The position numbers were made by a program, and so were the translations under genes. A stretch of 64,000 nt of DNA, from positions 558,001 to 622,000 of the forward strand of contig OX597837.1 in assembly GCA_951406725.2 (NCBI GenBank), in the 5' to 3' direction. A model generated the notes under the pieces. That model searched no databases. It was not told where the DNA came from and saw nothing but the letters and a program-made list of their open reading frames with translations. Positions 1 to 13,913 of the stretch are shown here, in pieces. How positions within the stretch are numbered: position 1 is the stretch's first letter; each line of letters begins with the position of its first letter. Origin of the DNA: Octopus vulgaris (taxonomy: Eukaryota).

Positions 1-579
1 TATACATGGAATTATGTATATTATATACATATTTATGAATGTCAAATATGTATTGTATAGATAGCAGTGCATGCATGCTTGTGTGTGAGTGTCTATGCGC
101 GTGGAGAGTGAGTTAAAGTACCGGATGGACAACCTTGTCGCATTAGTTCCGGCTTTGTACGTTCTAAGTTCAATCCCTGTCGGTGTACAATTTAGTTTTC
201 AGTCTTTGGGTTTAGACAAATAATAAACGAATACAAAATCCGGCTTCGAAACTTCTGTTGTCTTTCTTTCAACCTGACTTATACACCGGCAATGTTCAGG
301 CTGAGAAGCGGAGGGATTTCGCTTGGTCTGCAAAGATCAATGTATGACGGAACCTTAAGGACTCCATCAAGCGTTGAGGGCACAACAAAGAAAGCATGCG
401 TTCTTACATACATTCACATACATGCACATACATATGCAGATATATACATGAACACATACATATATACGTTATAGAAATATACATCATTTAAAACACAGAG
501 GATTTAAATTTGAGCCACCCTGTTTCATGATCTAACTGTATAGTAGTCGAACGAGCTTGTATAGTATATACTATATATA

Positions 580-610
<31 letters not shown>

Positions 611-613
611 ATG

Positions 614-644
<31 letters not shown>

Positions 645-738
645 GTGTTCATTGTACAAGGAAAGATCCAGAGTAGCAATTGCAAGGTGGCCAAATGTCA
701 CGTAATTGTCCTAGGAATTAGTAATCACACTTGCGTGG

Positions 739-1000
739 GTGTTAATTCCGAGAAGGAGTGAGACCTATTTTGTAGAATATAAGAATAATCGAGATGCCAA
801 AAACTGCAATAAGCAATTTTCTTTGGATTGGAAAATTTTGTCAAGATCGTTTCCCTATGATAAAGGGAAATCTTTCTGCTCTCTTTGTACGGACGAGCAC
901 TTATTTATCTTTTTTTCCAAACACACATTGGTCAACAATTAAAAAGAACCTTTTTTTACAGGTGATTAAATTGGAAAAAAACACTCTTTCAGGTATTTCA
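739..1000 (+). mobile_element. Penelope-like element, degenerate C-terminal GIY-YIG endonuclease fragment
   Basis: ORF 739-942 reads FSLDWKILSRSFPYDKGKSFCSLCTDEHLFI...LVNN, which resembles the W.IL....PY......C.LC..EK..I.....LN tail of PLE endonucleases. Confidence 0.5.
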
Positions 1001-1592
1001 AATAATATTTGCCCCATTACCTAATAATATCTGCAACTTAAACTTTTTCTTTCATCTCATACCTCCTATTCTTTCCTTCATCATTACTACCTGTCATTCA
1101 CTTTCTATTTGTTTATACCTCCATTACTGCTTTAATTCTCTTTCTCTCTTCCTTCACTTCTTCTCTCGTCCTATGACGCCAAATTTCTTTAAAAAGTTCT
1201 AGCGTTGCCTATTCATCTTTGTTTTCTCTCTCTATATATATATATGTTACAATTAAACATGTCCTATGAGTATTATAGGATAAAATCATATATAAACTGA
1301 AGTAACAGTTTATAAAATGGAGAAGAGAAGATGTTAAAAGTTTATAAAAATGTTTAATCCAAACGATCGTTTGGAATGATAATACTAAAATGTAAGAAAA
1401 CATGGAAAAGATTAAATTAATTATAATAATAATTAAAATAGTAATTAAATTAGATTAATTTAATTAGGTATTACCATTCTCCTCAGTGGAAAAAATTGAT
1501 AAAACATCAAAAAACGGTATTAACAAAAGAATATTAGAATAAAACTACAGAGAGCCTGTGTATCATAAAGTTGATCGGATATTCATAGCAAG

Positions 1593-1633
1593 ATTGTGAA
1601 ATAGGAAAAAAAGAGATCTAGAAACATGTTAAT
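1593..1633 (+). ncRNA. Degenerate hammerhead ribozyme-like motif (G3-type core, one base missing)
   Basis: att-GTGAAA-tagg[loop]tcta-GAAA-catg-TT-aat: stem I att/aat, stem II tagg/tcta, palindromic ACATGT stem III; lies downstream of the PLE fragment. Confidence 0.3.
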
Positions 1634-1817
1634 GTAGTACTGTGTAAGATCTAGAACTTTTGGCCAACAGATATTTTAAACTATTTTTTATAGTTAAAAA
1701 TATCGGATTTATTACAATGCATCTATCGAAACATATATCGGTCATATAACTGATAATATAAAGGATTTAAATAACATCTTGAGCGTTTGTCTCTATTTCC
1801 CATTATTTTTATATATA

Positions 1818-2490
1818 CCGGGGTTGCACAAAACAATGGGAACACCTTAAAATTTCAAATTTATTTTAATATGGGGTACGACCGCCTTTGGCAGTAATTA
1901 CAGCTTGACTTCTACAATGTATGGACTCGTATAAAGTTTGAATTGTTTCCAAATGAATTTTTATCCATTCTTCAGCTAAAACAGTCTCCAGTTCTTGTAG
2001 TGATGATGGTGGAATATATCAATTCCTTACTTGTTTTTCTAAAATGAACCATAAATGTTCAATAATATTGAGATCTGGCGACTGTGGTGGTGGCCACTAG
2101 AATGTTCCTCGTGCCATTCAGTAACAACTGATCCTCCTCCATGTTTAACAGTTGGAAGAAGGCAGTGTGGGTTAATTGTTTCTTTTGACTGTCTCCATAC
2201 GTATACTCGGCTGGTGGTCGGCAATAATGTAAAGGATGACTCGTCCGAGAAAGTAACATTCTTCCACTGTTCTAGGGACCAATTCTGTAGGTTTTTACTG
2301 CATTCTAAATGCTTTGCAACATTTGTTTTTGAAAGTAGTGGTTTTCTGATTGCAGCCCTCCCTTGAAATCCGGCTTAGTGCAGCTCCCGGCGAACAGTTT
2401 TTGTGGAAACTGGGTTCTCGAGGGTGTCTTTAAGCTCTGCAGTAATTTTGGGAGCGGTACTTTTGTGATCCTTTCTAATAATTCGCGTAT
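1818..2490 (-). mobile_element. Tc1-family DNA transposon remnant (internally deleted transposase plus one TIR)
   Basis: Minus-strand frames give STAPKITAEL..VSTKTVRRELH, RKPLLS, FSDESSF, PTVKHGGGSV and SPDLNIIEHLW; TA followed by CCGGGGTTGCACAAAACAATGGGAACACC at 1816-1846 looks like a TIR end. Confidence 0.9.
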
Positions 2491-2563
2491 AAACAAGCGT
2501 ATAAATAAATAATTCGCGTATAAACAAGCTTTTGACGGCATTATAGACATGTAGTATGTATAT

Positions 2564-2629
<66 letters not shown>

Positions 2630-3169
2630 ACACACACACATATATATATATATAAACACACGCATGTGCACATACACAAATACACACACACGTGCACATA
2701 CACAACTACACACACACAAACACATAACCATGCACACATACACACGCACATATATATACCGTTTAGTGTATACTAGAATTTAATTATATTGTTTATTTTC
2801 GACAAGTGTTTTCCTAAACATTTCGCCCGGCGTGTTAACGTTTCTGCCAGCCCTCCGCTTTAGAGTTGCATATTATTGCTTTATATCGCCACATTTCTTA
2901 TATCTGGGACAACGAGAGAACCTCTGGGCAGATAAGCATTTTTTGCATGTTTTGATTATGATTTTTGTCATCGTCTGTTCTGGAATCTATAGTTCTTACA
3001 AACTCGACCGAGACAGCTGTTAGAATTAGTTGTTCCAATCGATTTTGCAGGAGAATCCGTTTACTGTTTAAAATGTACCTGGTTCAATATTTTGTTTTTA
3101 CCAAAAGGAGAAATCTTTCTATTTTAATGACTTGTTGGGGCGCGGTATTTCGTTATGCAGCAATAGTAT

Positions 3170-3420
3170 ATTATTAAGTATATTAAACCATTTTAGAAGT
3201 TAATACCGTATTCTACTGTGTTAGCAGTGCGATTTATATTATTTGTTAAGGTTATCTCTACAGATTTTCTATAGAAATTATGGCCAGTACTTATTGTTGT
3301 TACGACTGACTTTTGTTTCAAACACGAAACGCCGTAACAAAAATCAGAGCTGGCTTTAATTTCTATGGAATATCTGCAGAAATAACAAGTGACCTTTGTA
3401 ATATGTATCAATAAAACGAC
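3170..3420 (-). mobile_element. Penelope-like element, degenerate endonuclease C-terminus
   Basis: ORF 3193-3411 contains KSVV..ISTGHNFYRKSVEITLTNNINR, which resembles the KSAV.EH...GH...R..EAIEI....NLNR tail of PLEs. Confidence 0.4.
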
Positions 3421-3795
3421 GTTGATTCATTTGAAGTGATTTATGTGGCGTTTGATATGGAAAGATTGACTAGGAAAATAAATGTTGTGTGCAATGGCAC
3501 TTTCTAATTGAAATCGAGTGGTTACCTGAAATGGGACAAGTGACTAGGTTGGGCCGGCAGACGCGGTTCGGTGACCCTTGGTCAAAGTGTCGGTAAAGCG
3601 TCGAAAAGAATGACTCCCATTCTAGATTAAAATTTTGCCGCGGTCAACTTTGCATTTAATCATATAAAAAAAAGCCCTAATTCTGGAGGACTGAGGTGAA
3701 GGTGGTATGCTGAAATACGAACCTCAGACTAGAGGATTTGCGATACTTCTTCCGGTTGTTTACGTTCTGAGTTCAATTCCTACCATACTCTACAT

Positions 3796-4034
3796 CAGTG
3801 ATTCCCAACGGGAACACAGACAACCCTTGTGGGTCCATATAAGATATTGTGGTTAAACTTTATGAGCAATATATTGGCTTTACACCCAAAATAAGCAAAG
3901 TATTTCAACATTTTAAAAAATTCAATTCCTTAATAATATTTAATTATAACGATGTCATCAGAGCTTTAAAACACCGAATAGTTATGAGGGGCCATGTGAA
4001 ACAAGAGGGTCCATAGGTGAAAAAAAGCCCATTG
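3796..4034. mobile_element. hAT (Charlie-like) MITE
   Basis: Starts CAGTGATTCCCAAC and ends with a degenerate CCCATTG; flanked by an 8-bp near-duplication, ctctacat (3788-3795) and ctctatat (4035-4042). Confidence 0.6.
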
Positions 4035-4645
4035 CTCTATATAGTAAACTTACTATGTCGTTCGGTTTAATACTAATAAAAGGTCTTAGCTAGTTTTATC
4101 AGAGTCCACTCTTATACATGCATTTAGACGAGGTCATTAATTTGAGCATATCATTCTCCAACCCTCCAACCCATGTTGAAGGCAATTAAAACGCGAAAGG
4201 CATCGTCTTCTGTCCTGACTATAAGACTAAAATGTTGCTGTGAGAACTTAGACTAATATAAAAAACGAACAAAGCGTTTATTCGATGAGTTCACCAACAT
4301 AGTTTTGTAGAGGCAGTATATCCGCAACCATATCAGAACATATTTCTAGAACAATTTCATAAAGAATATATCTCTATTTAAAGATATGTTTAGATATCAC
4401 AATATGTATTACCGTAAATATATATATATACTCTAGATTTTATCTTTGCAGTTTGCTTTTTATCTACTTACAAACACATATATACACACACACACTTGTA
4501 CTCATTCACTCACACACAGTAACGTATATAGCTGCGTGTATATACATACTTAATTTTAGACATCTTTTTATTTCTTTGGATTACGCAAGAATCCAAACCA
4601 GCTCTGAGCTAAAACACTGTCCTCGTGCATAATTATGTATGTATG

Positions 4646-4694
<49 letters not shown>

Positions 4695-4869
4695 TGTGTG
4701 TATGTATATGTATATATAGGTACAAATACGTATATGCATATATTACACACTCACACAAACATACATACATATATGTGTTGTGTATACTTTTATCCTGTTC
4801 TTCGTTTGAGACATTCGACTGTAGCCATGCTGGAGCACCATCCTGATTTTGTACTTTTATAGATTATTG

Positions 4870-5935
4870 CTCTGAAGCTGATTTCTTCTGGGTAGTGGGA
4901 TTTTATGCCACCCCTCATGCATGTGTTTTCTCTCTTGATTGTTGACCCATTTTGTGTAGGGGCGAGTTCGATACTGCTACCCTCATACCCGTTGGTTGCT
5001 CTGGTATCGTGGTTAGGAGAAGGTCCATTTCTTTTTTAAAGATACCTATGTCTGCATTGTGTAGGTGTCTTAATTTCTTTGGCAGAGCATTGAAAAGCTG
5101 TGGGCTTTTGAATCTTAAGCTATTGCAGAATATGGTCATGACTTCAGAATGGGTGGATGGTACTTTTAGTACAATGCAGTGGCGTCCAGCATAACACTCG
5201 ATGCCAATATTAGATAATGAACTTCCAGAATTTTTCCGTATTTGCATTTTTACATATCTATCTGCGTCTTTCTAACTGAGATTAAAGTCGTAGTGTTCTG
5301 TGTTCCCTCCCTGTAGTTCGTCGACTGCACTGTTATAATCGTTTTAATGCAATGACGTTGGACTGCATCAAGCACCGCAGTTAGTTTGGCTCTATGTGGT
5401 GGCCATAACTGAGAGCAGTAATCTAGACAGCTGAGAACACAGGGTCAACATAGCTACTTGGTCTCTTGTTTTGAAGGACCTTAGTATCAATCCTGCCAGT
5501 TGTCTGCACATTGTTGTACATCTTAGTAATGTGCATATGAAACAATGCATCATTACGCAAACTGACCGCCAAGTTTCTCATTGTCTACGACTCATATTGC
5601 AGTGCCTTCGGGTCCTGTGCACGCAGGTTGCCGTGCATTTGGAAGCTGATAGTGCAGTGTTTGAAATTTTCAAGCATTAAACTGCATGTTGTTTTCTTCA
5701 CTCCACTTTTACATTTTATTTAAATGCTACTGAAAGCTTCAGACATCGTCGGGGTACGATATTGTCTGTGATAATTTTGTATTATCAACAGAACCAGTGA
5801 CAGTAGCTGTTCGAGTGAGCATCGGCATGTCTAAGACAGCTGCTATAAACAGTAATAGCTCCAAGATACTTCTTTGGGGAACAGCATTCAGAATTTGTCT
5901 TTCCTTAGGGAAAGCACAATTGGGGCTGCAATTCG
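4870..5935 (-). mobile_element. CR1-group LINE, degenerate 3' RT fragment
   Basis: VPQRSILELLLF and SVDNTKLSQ (decayed VPQGS.LGPLLF and YADDTK), then GRHCIV..NSLRFKSPQLFNALPKKLR; homologous to 15185-16211. Confidence 0.85.
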
Positions 5936-5940
5936 CTGAG

Positions 5941-6002
<62 letters not shown>

Positions 6003-6724
6003 TTATTATATATGTATAGATATTTAAATATGCATGTATATGTACATATATACATATAAATATATGAATGTATATACATATATATAAATGCATATACATT
6101 ATAAATATATATATATATATATACACACACTTAATTATACATGCATTCATTTATATATATATATATGTGCTCACACATGCACACACATATATATATACGT
6201 ACATTAGATATTCACATGCAACTCGCTGAGTTACATACACACACTCACACACAGAGAGGCAGACAGACACACATATTATTCATGCACACATCCTCGTAGA
6301 CATGGAGCAATATATTTGTATTTATTTCTATGTGTGCCGTTGTTTGTTTGTTGCTTACGGAGGAGCAGATGTCTAACAAGATAAGAAGACATCGCCATTT
6401 CCTATACGTCTGACAACAGTCGAAGAACTGTTTGGCTCAGGCCAATGGTAGCAGCAGCAACAACAACGATAGCAATAACATCAACAACAATATAGCTGCA
6501 AGACCATCACCATCACCATCAACAACATCATCGACGACAACAACAACACTGTTCAATATTTACTCATCACTGTCACTGAAATAGCGATGTATTTTGTGTG
6601 TTTATTTCCGGTTAAATTGCTTCCGATTGCAGAAAAGAAAATAATTACGTGTTTGAGATAAGTGGAAAGTGTTTTGCTTCGTAGGGGTATGTATGGATGG
6701 ATGTATGGATGGATAGATGGATGG

Positions 6725-6755
<31 letters not shown>

Positions 6756-6954
6756 TGTATGTATGAATATGTATGTATGTATGAATATGTATGTATGTAT
6801 GGATATGTATGTATGTATGGATATGTATGTATGTATATGTTTGTATGTATGGACATGTATGTATATGTATGGATATGTGTGTGTATGTATGTACGTACGT
6901 GTGTGTGTATGTAAGTATGTATGTATATATATATATAAAATATATATTTGTATA

Positions 6955-7470
6955 TGGGTGGTACAGTGCTATAAATAAATACAAAAGATAGATGGCATGT
7001 CAGACCTCGACTACTGGGGTCGACTGGTAAAGCTGAAACTGTATTCACTCCAACGACGCCGTGAACGCTATATTTTCTGTATGATGTGGAAAATATTCCA
7101 AATAATGTTGGCATCACCTTCAAAATACACCCAATGCTTGGACCCCGTGCCATCCGTCCACAACAAAAATCTATATTGCATCTCATAACAACAATACGGC
7201 ACAGTTATTTCACCTCAATTGGACCCGCTCTCTTCAACGTCAAAACAGAAACTGACCACACAAAATTCAAGACGTCTTTGGACAAATTCCTTCAAAGAGT
7301 CCCGGACAAACTACCCACACCTAGATATGTCTCCGCAAACAATAACTCTCTGCTCGAATGGGCCTTGGTGCCCAAATCCTGAATTGAAAGACTTCGCCAG
7401 GTGGTGCTATTAAGTTAGACATAACCTGGGCCAATATTGGCGAAGACCTTTCTAAGTTATTGTAAGTTAT
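6955..7470 (+). mobile_element. CR1-group LINE 3' end fragment
   Basis: LDYWGRLVKLKLYSLQRRRERY..WKI and GPALFN..KFKTSLDKFLQRVPDKLP, followed by a 3' UTR and a short repeated taagtta tail. Confidence 0.85.
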
Positions 7471-7477
7471 ATATATA

Positions 7478-7935
7478 TAATTAAGGGTTTAGCAACGATT
7501 TGCCTCACCAAACACCGAATTTAGAAATAGCAGTCAAAAAGTTTTGACTATTCTTTCTACTTAAAAGGGAGATCCCAGTAAAACCAAAGCACTTAAAAAG
7601 CAAACGACGCAGGTAAAAGAGAAAGAAATGACGACAATCATTCTATATAATGAACTTAATATAGAATGATTGTCGTCATTTCTTTCTCTTTTACCTGCGT
7701 CGTTTGCTTTTTAAGTGCTTTGGTTTTACTGGGATCTCCCTTTTAAGTAGAAAGAATAGTCAAAACTTTTTGACTGCTATTTCTAAATTCGGTGTGTGGT
7801 GAGGCAAATCGTTGCTAAACCCTTAATTACTTAGTATTACTTAAACCTTCCTTGAATCGGTCTTTTACATGCCGAACTCTACTTGGTGAATTTAATGATT
7901 ATTTCTAAATTAATTAATTTCACCCTTTATTATTG
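7478..7935. repeat. Foldback (long inverted repeat) element with a unique 3' tail
   Basis: Near-perfect arms at 7478-7648 and 7659-7829 with a 10-nt loop; shares the motifs tagaaatagcagtcaa and aatcgg..tttacat.ccgaa.tctac with the 34950-36060 element; flanked by (TA)n. Confidence 0.9.
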
Positions 7936-7949
7936 ATATATATATATAT

Positions 7950-8301
7950 ATAAACAACTTATAAATAAGGGTAAACGAAAAAATTTCTAATGCCAAATAT
8001 GCCGAAAATTGGACATATTGTCCATTTACCATGTAATTTTTTTCCCACTACGCACGCTACTCGAAAAAAGGTCGACAGAAATCTCTAAAAAAAATTTCTG
8101 TCGACCTTTTTTCGAGTAGCGAGCGTACTGAGAAAAAAATTATATGGTAAATGGACAATATGTCCAACTTTCGGCATATTTGGCATTAGAAATTTTTTCG
8201 TTAGCCCTTATTTATAAGTTGTTTATAATTTTAACCTTTAAAGGTATATTTTAATATGCTGGCCATTGATAAAATTTATTTTCGAAAAAATTTTATCCTA
8301 C

Positions 8302-8305
<4 letters not shown>
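7950..8305. repeat. Foldback element
   Basis: Inverted arms at about 7950-8082 and 8094-8226 with several mismatches, then a unique tail; (TA)n on both sides. Confidence 0.85.
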
Positions 8306-8352
<47 letters not shown>

Positions 8353-8398
8353 AATCCAAACGAGAATAAGCAAGAAAAAACAACAATGCGAGGATGTA

Positions 8399-8429
<31 letters not shown>

Positions 8430-8521
8430 CGAAATATATATACATGTATTATGAAGATGGTTAGATTGATGGTCAGATATGTATAAATACATACACACAC
8501 ATACTTATAAATATATGTAGA

Positions 8522-8564
<43 letters not shown>

Positions 8565-8720
8565 TTTTTTCTCTATATAATTATACATAAATATACTTAT
8601 GTACTGAAGATGTAAATAGATATATGCATATGCATATATGGTTATATATTCATGTTATATATTCAAAAAAAAAAAAAAAAAAAAAAAGAAAGAAAAAGAA
8701 AACCGATTATAGCAGCGGCT

Positions 8721-8778
8721 CCATCTAAGAATATCTGAAGAAGGAATTTTATTCCGAAATATCATCAGATTATGGATG
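8721..8778 (+). ncRNA. Minimal hammerhead ribozyme in the 5' pseudo-LTR
   Basis: CTGAAGA (8735-8741)-a-ggaat ttt attcc-GAAA-tatc; stem I is imperfect. Confidence 0.6.
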
Positions 8779-8869
8779 ACTAAATTACAACAGGTATATA
8801 GTCCATTGTTTGTATTATAGTGCATTGTTGTACCATTCAAAACTTGTTATTCTTTACAAACAATACACA

Positions 8870-11440
8870 ATGCTTCAAGCGAACTACAATACTCTCCTAT
8901 CTCTACGCCTGGGCCAGGCCAAGTTCGCAACCGCTAGGGAGTTGATCAAGCTATCTGTGAAACGTGCTAAAATCGGATGCCAAATAAACTTTCTTAAACG
9001 CTGCCTAAAAAACAACATAATTCCCAACACCAACAGCAACAGGAACATTCATCTACCATCGTGTTTCCGCAAACTTACCCTTCGACGATCAATGAAATAC
9101 TTTCATACATACGTTCGTCATCAGAGAAATCATACACCATCTACACCAACAACTACATGAGCACATAGGCAAATTCTCTGAAATAATATGCAGCGTCACG
9201 TTAGCCATTGAACATACATACCGAAGAACAATCGGAGCTATTGACCGATGCTACCACCACTACGTTGACTAAGAGAAGAAACGTCTCACACTTAAATTCC
9301 AGTGGCTTTGTACCAAATAGCGACACAACTCGGCCTATTACACTGACACAAATGAACAGGACATGCCCACCGAACGAGATAACACTAACACCGAGGACGC
9401 CAGCATACCATCAGCAACGAAATCCCTAGTCACAGATTGAGTGGTCACTCTCCCATGAAGAACTTCTCAATCTGGGCCCTAAATTTATCTTGAGCCAACA
9501 GCCGAATGAAAAACTCTTATTCGACTTGGAAGCCAACTTTTGTCGAACAGTCTACCAACTCAAATGGTTATCGGTGATAAGGAAGAAGAAGAACAACACA
9601 CTCGGCAAATTTCCCACGTACCAACTAGATCACTCACTCCACCCACTCCCAACCAACCAAGAACTCAACCACAAACTATCCAGATTGAAGCAGTCGATCT
9701 CCAACATCTTAAGGAAGGAATCGAAAATAACTCCAAACTTAACATAAAACACTGACCAAACTAAAAAACAAAAAAACTTATATACTTAACCCCAAATAAA
9801 GGAAAAGAAATCTGCGTGATTTCTTGTGAAATATATGATAGACTGGCACTAGAACATTTAAGCAATGACAGAAGACTATATTCTGAAGTGACAGATATAA
9901 CTGTGACCAGAATTGAGGACTGAATTAACACCGCATGGACGGACATCTGTAGACGGAGACAAATACATAATAAATTCAAGAACAACTTCATCACAAAGAA
10001 CAGTAGATTACCCAGATTTTATCACCTCATTAAAACACACAAGAATAGCAACACGATCCAGATTAGACCCATCGTCTCTAGCGTGGAAGAACCTCTATAT
10101 AAAATATCCTGGTAACTTTCTCATATTCTGAAATCCATACTCTCCACCCTTCCTGGACACGTCAAAAACGCCGAAGTCATCAAAAGACTGCACCAATTGC
10201 CCCTATACCAACCCAGGCAAAACAGATATGCCTTTAGTCTTGACGTTGTCTCAATGTACACAACGGAACTAGCACACTCGGCGGTCAACCTATTGACTGA
10301 CTGCATAATAGCGTCCGACATCGAATGCTTCGGACTTACCGCAGCTGATATACATCAACTTTTGTCCCTCATCGTGGACAACACCTACTTCTCTTTCCAG
10401 GTCCATATATACAAACAGACAACAGGTCTCCCCATGGGATCCAGTCTCTCGGGCCTACTAGCCATCACTTACATAAACTATTGGAACGTCGAACACTCAA
10501 AATCTGCCGCTCATGCGCCTTCTTCACCAGATACGTAGATGACATCCTCATACTCATATCCTCCCGTGAAGAGGCTGACAGAATATTCATGACTTTCAAT
10601 AACATGGACTTGAACATAAAGTTCACTATAGAACATCCTGACAACAATGGCTCGCTTTCACTACTTGACTTCAAACTGAATATACCGGAAGAAGGGGAGA
10701 TCCACACCGAGTTCTACAGGAAAGAAGCCAGTAGAAATATGTTTGTCCAGTACAGTTCAGCCCTTCCACTCGGGGCCAAAATAGGATACGCCAGAAAGGA
10801 ACTTGCACACATCCAGGTGCAGTAGAACGGAGGACAAGGTGACCCACGCTACACGCTTCCTAGATGTACTGAAAACCAACGGGTACCCTAGATCCATTGT
10901 AAATCGGATTAAGTACCCAAGATAACCAACACGCCGAACACATAGAAAACCAAGCAACACATGCTTCCTTAAAATACCCCATTTTAGCGAGAGGATAACT
11001 ACATCCATCCGAAGAGCCATAAGAAGAGAAGGGCTAGACATACAACTAGCCCTCTCCGGCTCCTCTCTGAGAGGACACCTCGCAAAGAAACGAACAAGGG
11101 ACAACAATCAATACACACTAACAAACTGTTCCATCCATGACACAGATTTATGCCAACGGGTAAATGTTGTGTATAGAATACAATGTAACAAATGCAACAA
11201 ATTCTATGTGGAAAGCACATTAAGACTGTTACACGTCCTCATCAAAGAACATATGAACACGAGAGCTTCTGAAAACATCTAGACAGATGCCGGAACACCG
11301 ACAAAAGCATAGCAGTCACAATTGAGGCCAATGAAAGAAATTTGGGTAATTTAAGAATTAAGGAAGCTATATTCATACACAGACTAGGGCCCCAAATTAA
11401 CAACAGGCTGGAGATTGGTAACCAATACATTATTTAGATA
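8870..11440 (+). pseudogene. PLE reverse transcriptase / GIY-YIG endonuclease ORF with multiple frameshifts and stops
   Basis: N-terminal INFLKRCLKNNIIP and LNLGPKF; RT motifs SLDVVSMYT, YKQTTGLPMGSSLSGLLA, RYVDDILI, LLDFKL and FYRK; endonuclease NVVYRIQCNKCNKFYV.ST.R.L...IKEH. Confidence 0.9.
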
Positions 11441-11708
11441 CATCTGGATGCGTGTAGGTTCATTTTTGATTATATGCTCATCTGTAGTTTATAATTAAAA
11501 AAAAAGAAGAGAAAAAAGGGAAGAAAAAGGAAGCTGCATGTATAATATATAACTTAGAAGTAGCGCTACGGATAAGCCAGCACACACGAGATTGAGACAT
11601 GGCCGATCTCACACATTTTTCATGAGGAATTCCGGAAGGAGCTTCGTGAGTTCACTGCTGAGACGCTTCCAAAAAAAAAAGTTTGGAAAACCGATTATTG
11701 CAGCGGCT

Positions 11709-11767
11709 CCATCTAAGAATATCTGAAGAAGGAATATTTATTCCGAAATATCATCAGACTTTGGATG
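11709..11767 (+). ncRNA. Minimal hammerhead ribozyme in the 3' pseudo-LTR
   Basis: CTGAAGA (11723-11729)-a-ggaat attt attcc-GAAA-tatc; distal stem I catctaag/ctttggatg. Confidence 0.6.
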
Positions 11768-12479
11768 ACTAAATTACAACATGTATATAGCCCATTGTTT
11801 GTATTATAGTGCATTGTTGTACCATTCAAAACTTTTTACTCTCTCTCTCTCTCTAATATATATATATATCCAAGTGGGATTTGTCATACGTTTTTTTTTA
11901 ATATTTACCTTAAACTTATTTCACTCTGGTAAACTTAAACTTGTAGCACGATAGAAATTAAAGACCAGTTAAAGTATTAATATCTCATATCTTACCTCAT
12001 TCCTTCATGCATTACACTTAAATTAAACAGGGCCTTTGTATCCAGTAGATCTTTAATCAATATATTTATCTCGATATCCATAACTTTGTGCTATTCATAT
12101 ACAGTTCCTTTCCTTATCACCGTCTGCTATCCAAGTTTCTTGGATAGAATTAGCTCTTTAAGCATGAATCTAAGGTTGTATATTTAGAATGATTCTAATT
12201 GCTTTAGATTTATTCGAATTAATAAACTGCAATTAGGAACGCCATGAAAATAATTTCATCGAAAACAGTCCTAGAACTTTTATTTAACTGCAAACCTCGC
12301 TCAACTTACGTTTGTTGGTAGAAAAATTTTTTTCCATTGTTATACTTCTTTCTGTTCTTTATTGCAAGCAAAAGAACGGCTTCAGAACAGAGGGAACTTA
12401 CCTTCATTGGATTCTTGACGAAGGAAGAGTACTGGCTGCCCTTCATTAACAGAAGGCAGCAGATTGTTTACAGAGATGA

Positions 12480-12860
12480 CACCATTAAGAAGAACAATGT
12501 ACGGAACAACTGTACCGTGAACATTGAGTAGTATACAGAAAACCTCAAAAGGCTTAGAGACCAAACATCTGAAAATGATTTACATTGATTATGACAAGGT
12601 GCAACAAATCAAGCAATCAGCAACTCGGGCTGGTCAATGGTTTCCCCATCCATTAAACAGTTCGGATCTGGTGTTCTTCGACTTCCACCTCTTCGGTCCA
12701 GCGAGCAATAGACTTCGTAGAGAATAATTATTCGATAACACATGACATAAAAGTGACTATGAAGGATTCGGGGCAATAGTGCTGACCTGAATATTTTTCA
12801 AAGCAGATTAGCAAGCTAGTTCTAATGGAGGCATAAATACGTCACATGGTGAGTATAATT
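12480..12860 (+). mobile_element. Highly decayed mariner transposase C-terminal remnant
   Basis: WFPHPLNSSDLVFFDFHLFGPASNRLR resembles the mariner motif LPHPPYSPDLAPSDFHLF..L.N.LRG. Confidence 0.55.
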
Positions 12861-13178
12861 TTTGTATAGAGGGAGAGCTCATCGGTCAATACGTACAAAA
12901 ACCATGCCCCATGTCACATAATAAAAAAGAGTTATGCTTACTTTTGTATTACTTTCGGAACAAAACCCATGTATGTGCGTGTGCATGTATGCGCGCGTGT
13001 GTGACGTACATATATAATTAATAGGCACACACAAGCACACACACACACAGATAGGCATGTATAAAAAATGAGGTAAATAAATTCATGGATTGATTGATAA
13101 ACAGGACGTCAGGTGGGTGTCAGACAAACTGATAAATAGATGAGCAGGATAGAGAGAGAGACAGACCTACAGATAGAT

Positions 13179-13217
<39 letters not shown>

Positions 13218-13856
13218 GAGAGATAGGTAGATGGAATGATCGAGCGATAGGTAGGTAGAATGATAGATGGATAGGTAGGTAGGTAGGTAGACAGATTATT
13301 AGATTAGGTTGAACTGACATCTAGGAAATTAAATGAAAGAACTGAGGCTGAGATTTTTGCTCTTTGATCTGGAATAAAAGAATGGCGAAGAATACAAATG
13401 ACTAAAAAAAAACACATTTTATTCTCAGAGATCATCATTTTGTTGTCATTGTTGACGTTGTTGCTTTTGATGGCGATGATGATGATGATGGTTGTGGTTT
13501 TCCTGCTGTTGTTGCTGCTTATGGTGCTGGTGTCAATAATGGTGAAAAACTATTTTGCATAACACACTAAATATGATGGCATTTACACCCTTGATGATGA
13601 TTGTGATAATAATGATGATGGTGATAGTGACGACGGCGAAGATGACGACGACGACGACGAGGATGATGATGACGGTAGGAGTGGTAATGATGATAGTGGA
13701 GGTGGTGTTGATGATACTGATGATGATGGTCGTGGTGGTGGTGATGACAACGATGACGATGAAGATGATAATGCCGATGATAATGATGATGATGAATTTG
13801 AAGAAGTTTTATTTTGCCCCAAGATACGTAAACGAAGCAAAATTAAAACAAACAGA

Positions 13857-13913
<57 letters not shown>

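Larger units (their letters stand above)
8698..11834 (+). mobile_element. Near full-length Penelope-like retroelement with direct-repeat pseudo-LTRs
   Basis: Direct repeats at 8698-8845 and 11686-11834 flank a frameshifted RT plus GIY-YIG ORF. Confidence 0.92.

Noticed and set aside
1660-1745. tggcc...GAAA-catata-TC-ggtca half-hammerhead (and a similar degenerate motif at about 2935-2975 minus)
   Set aside because: The 5' core is missing or too decayed to support a call
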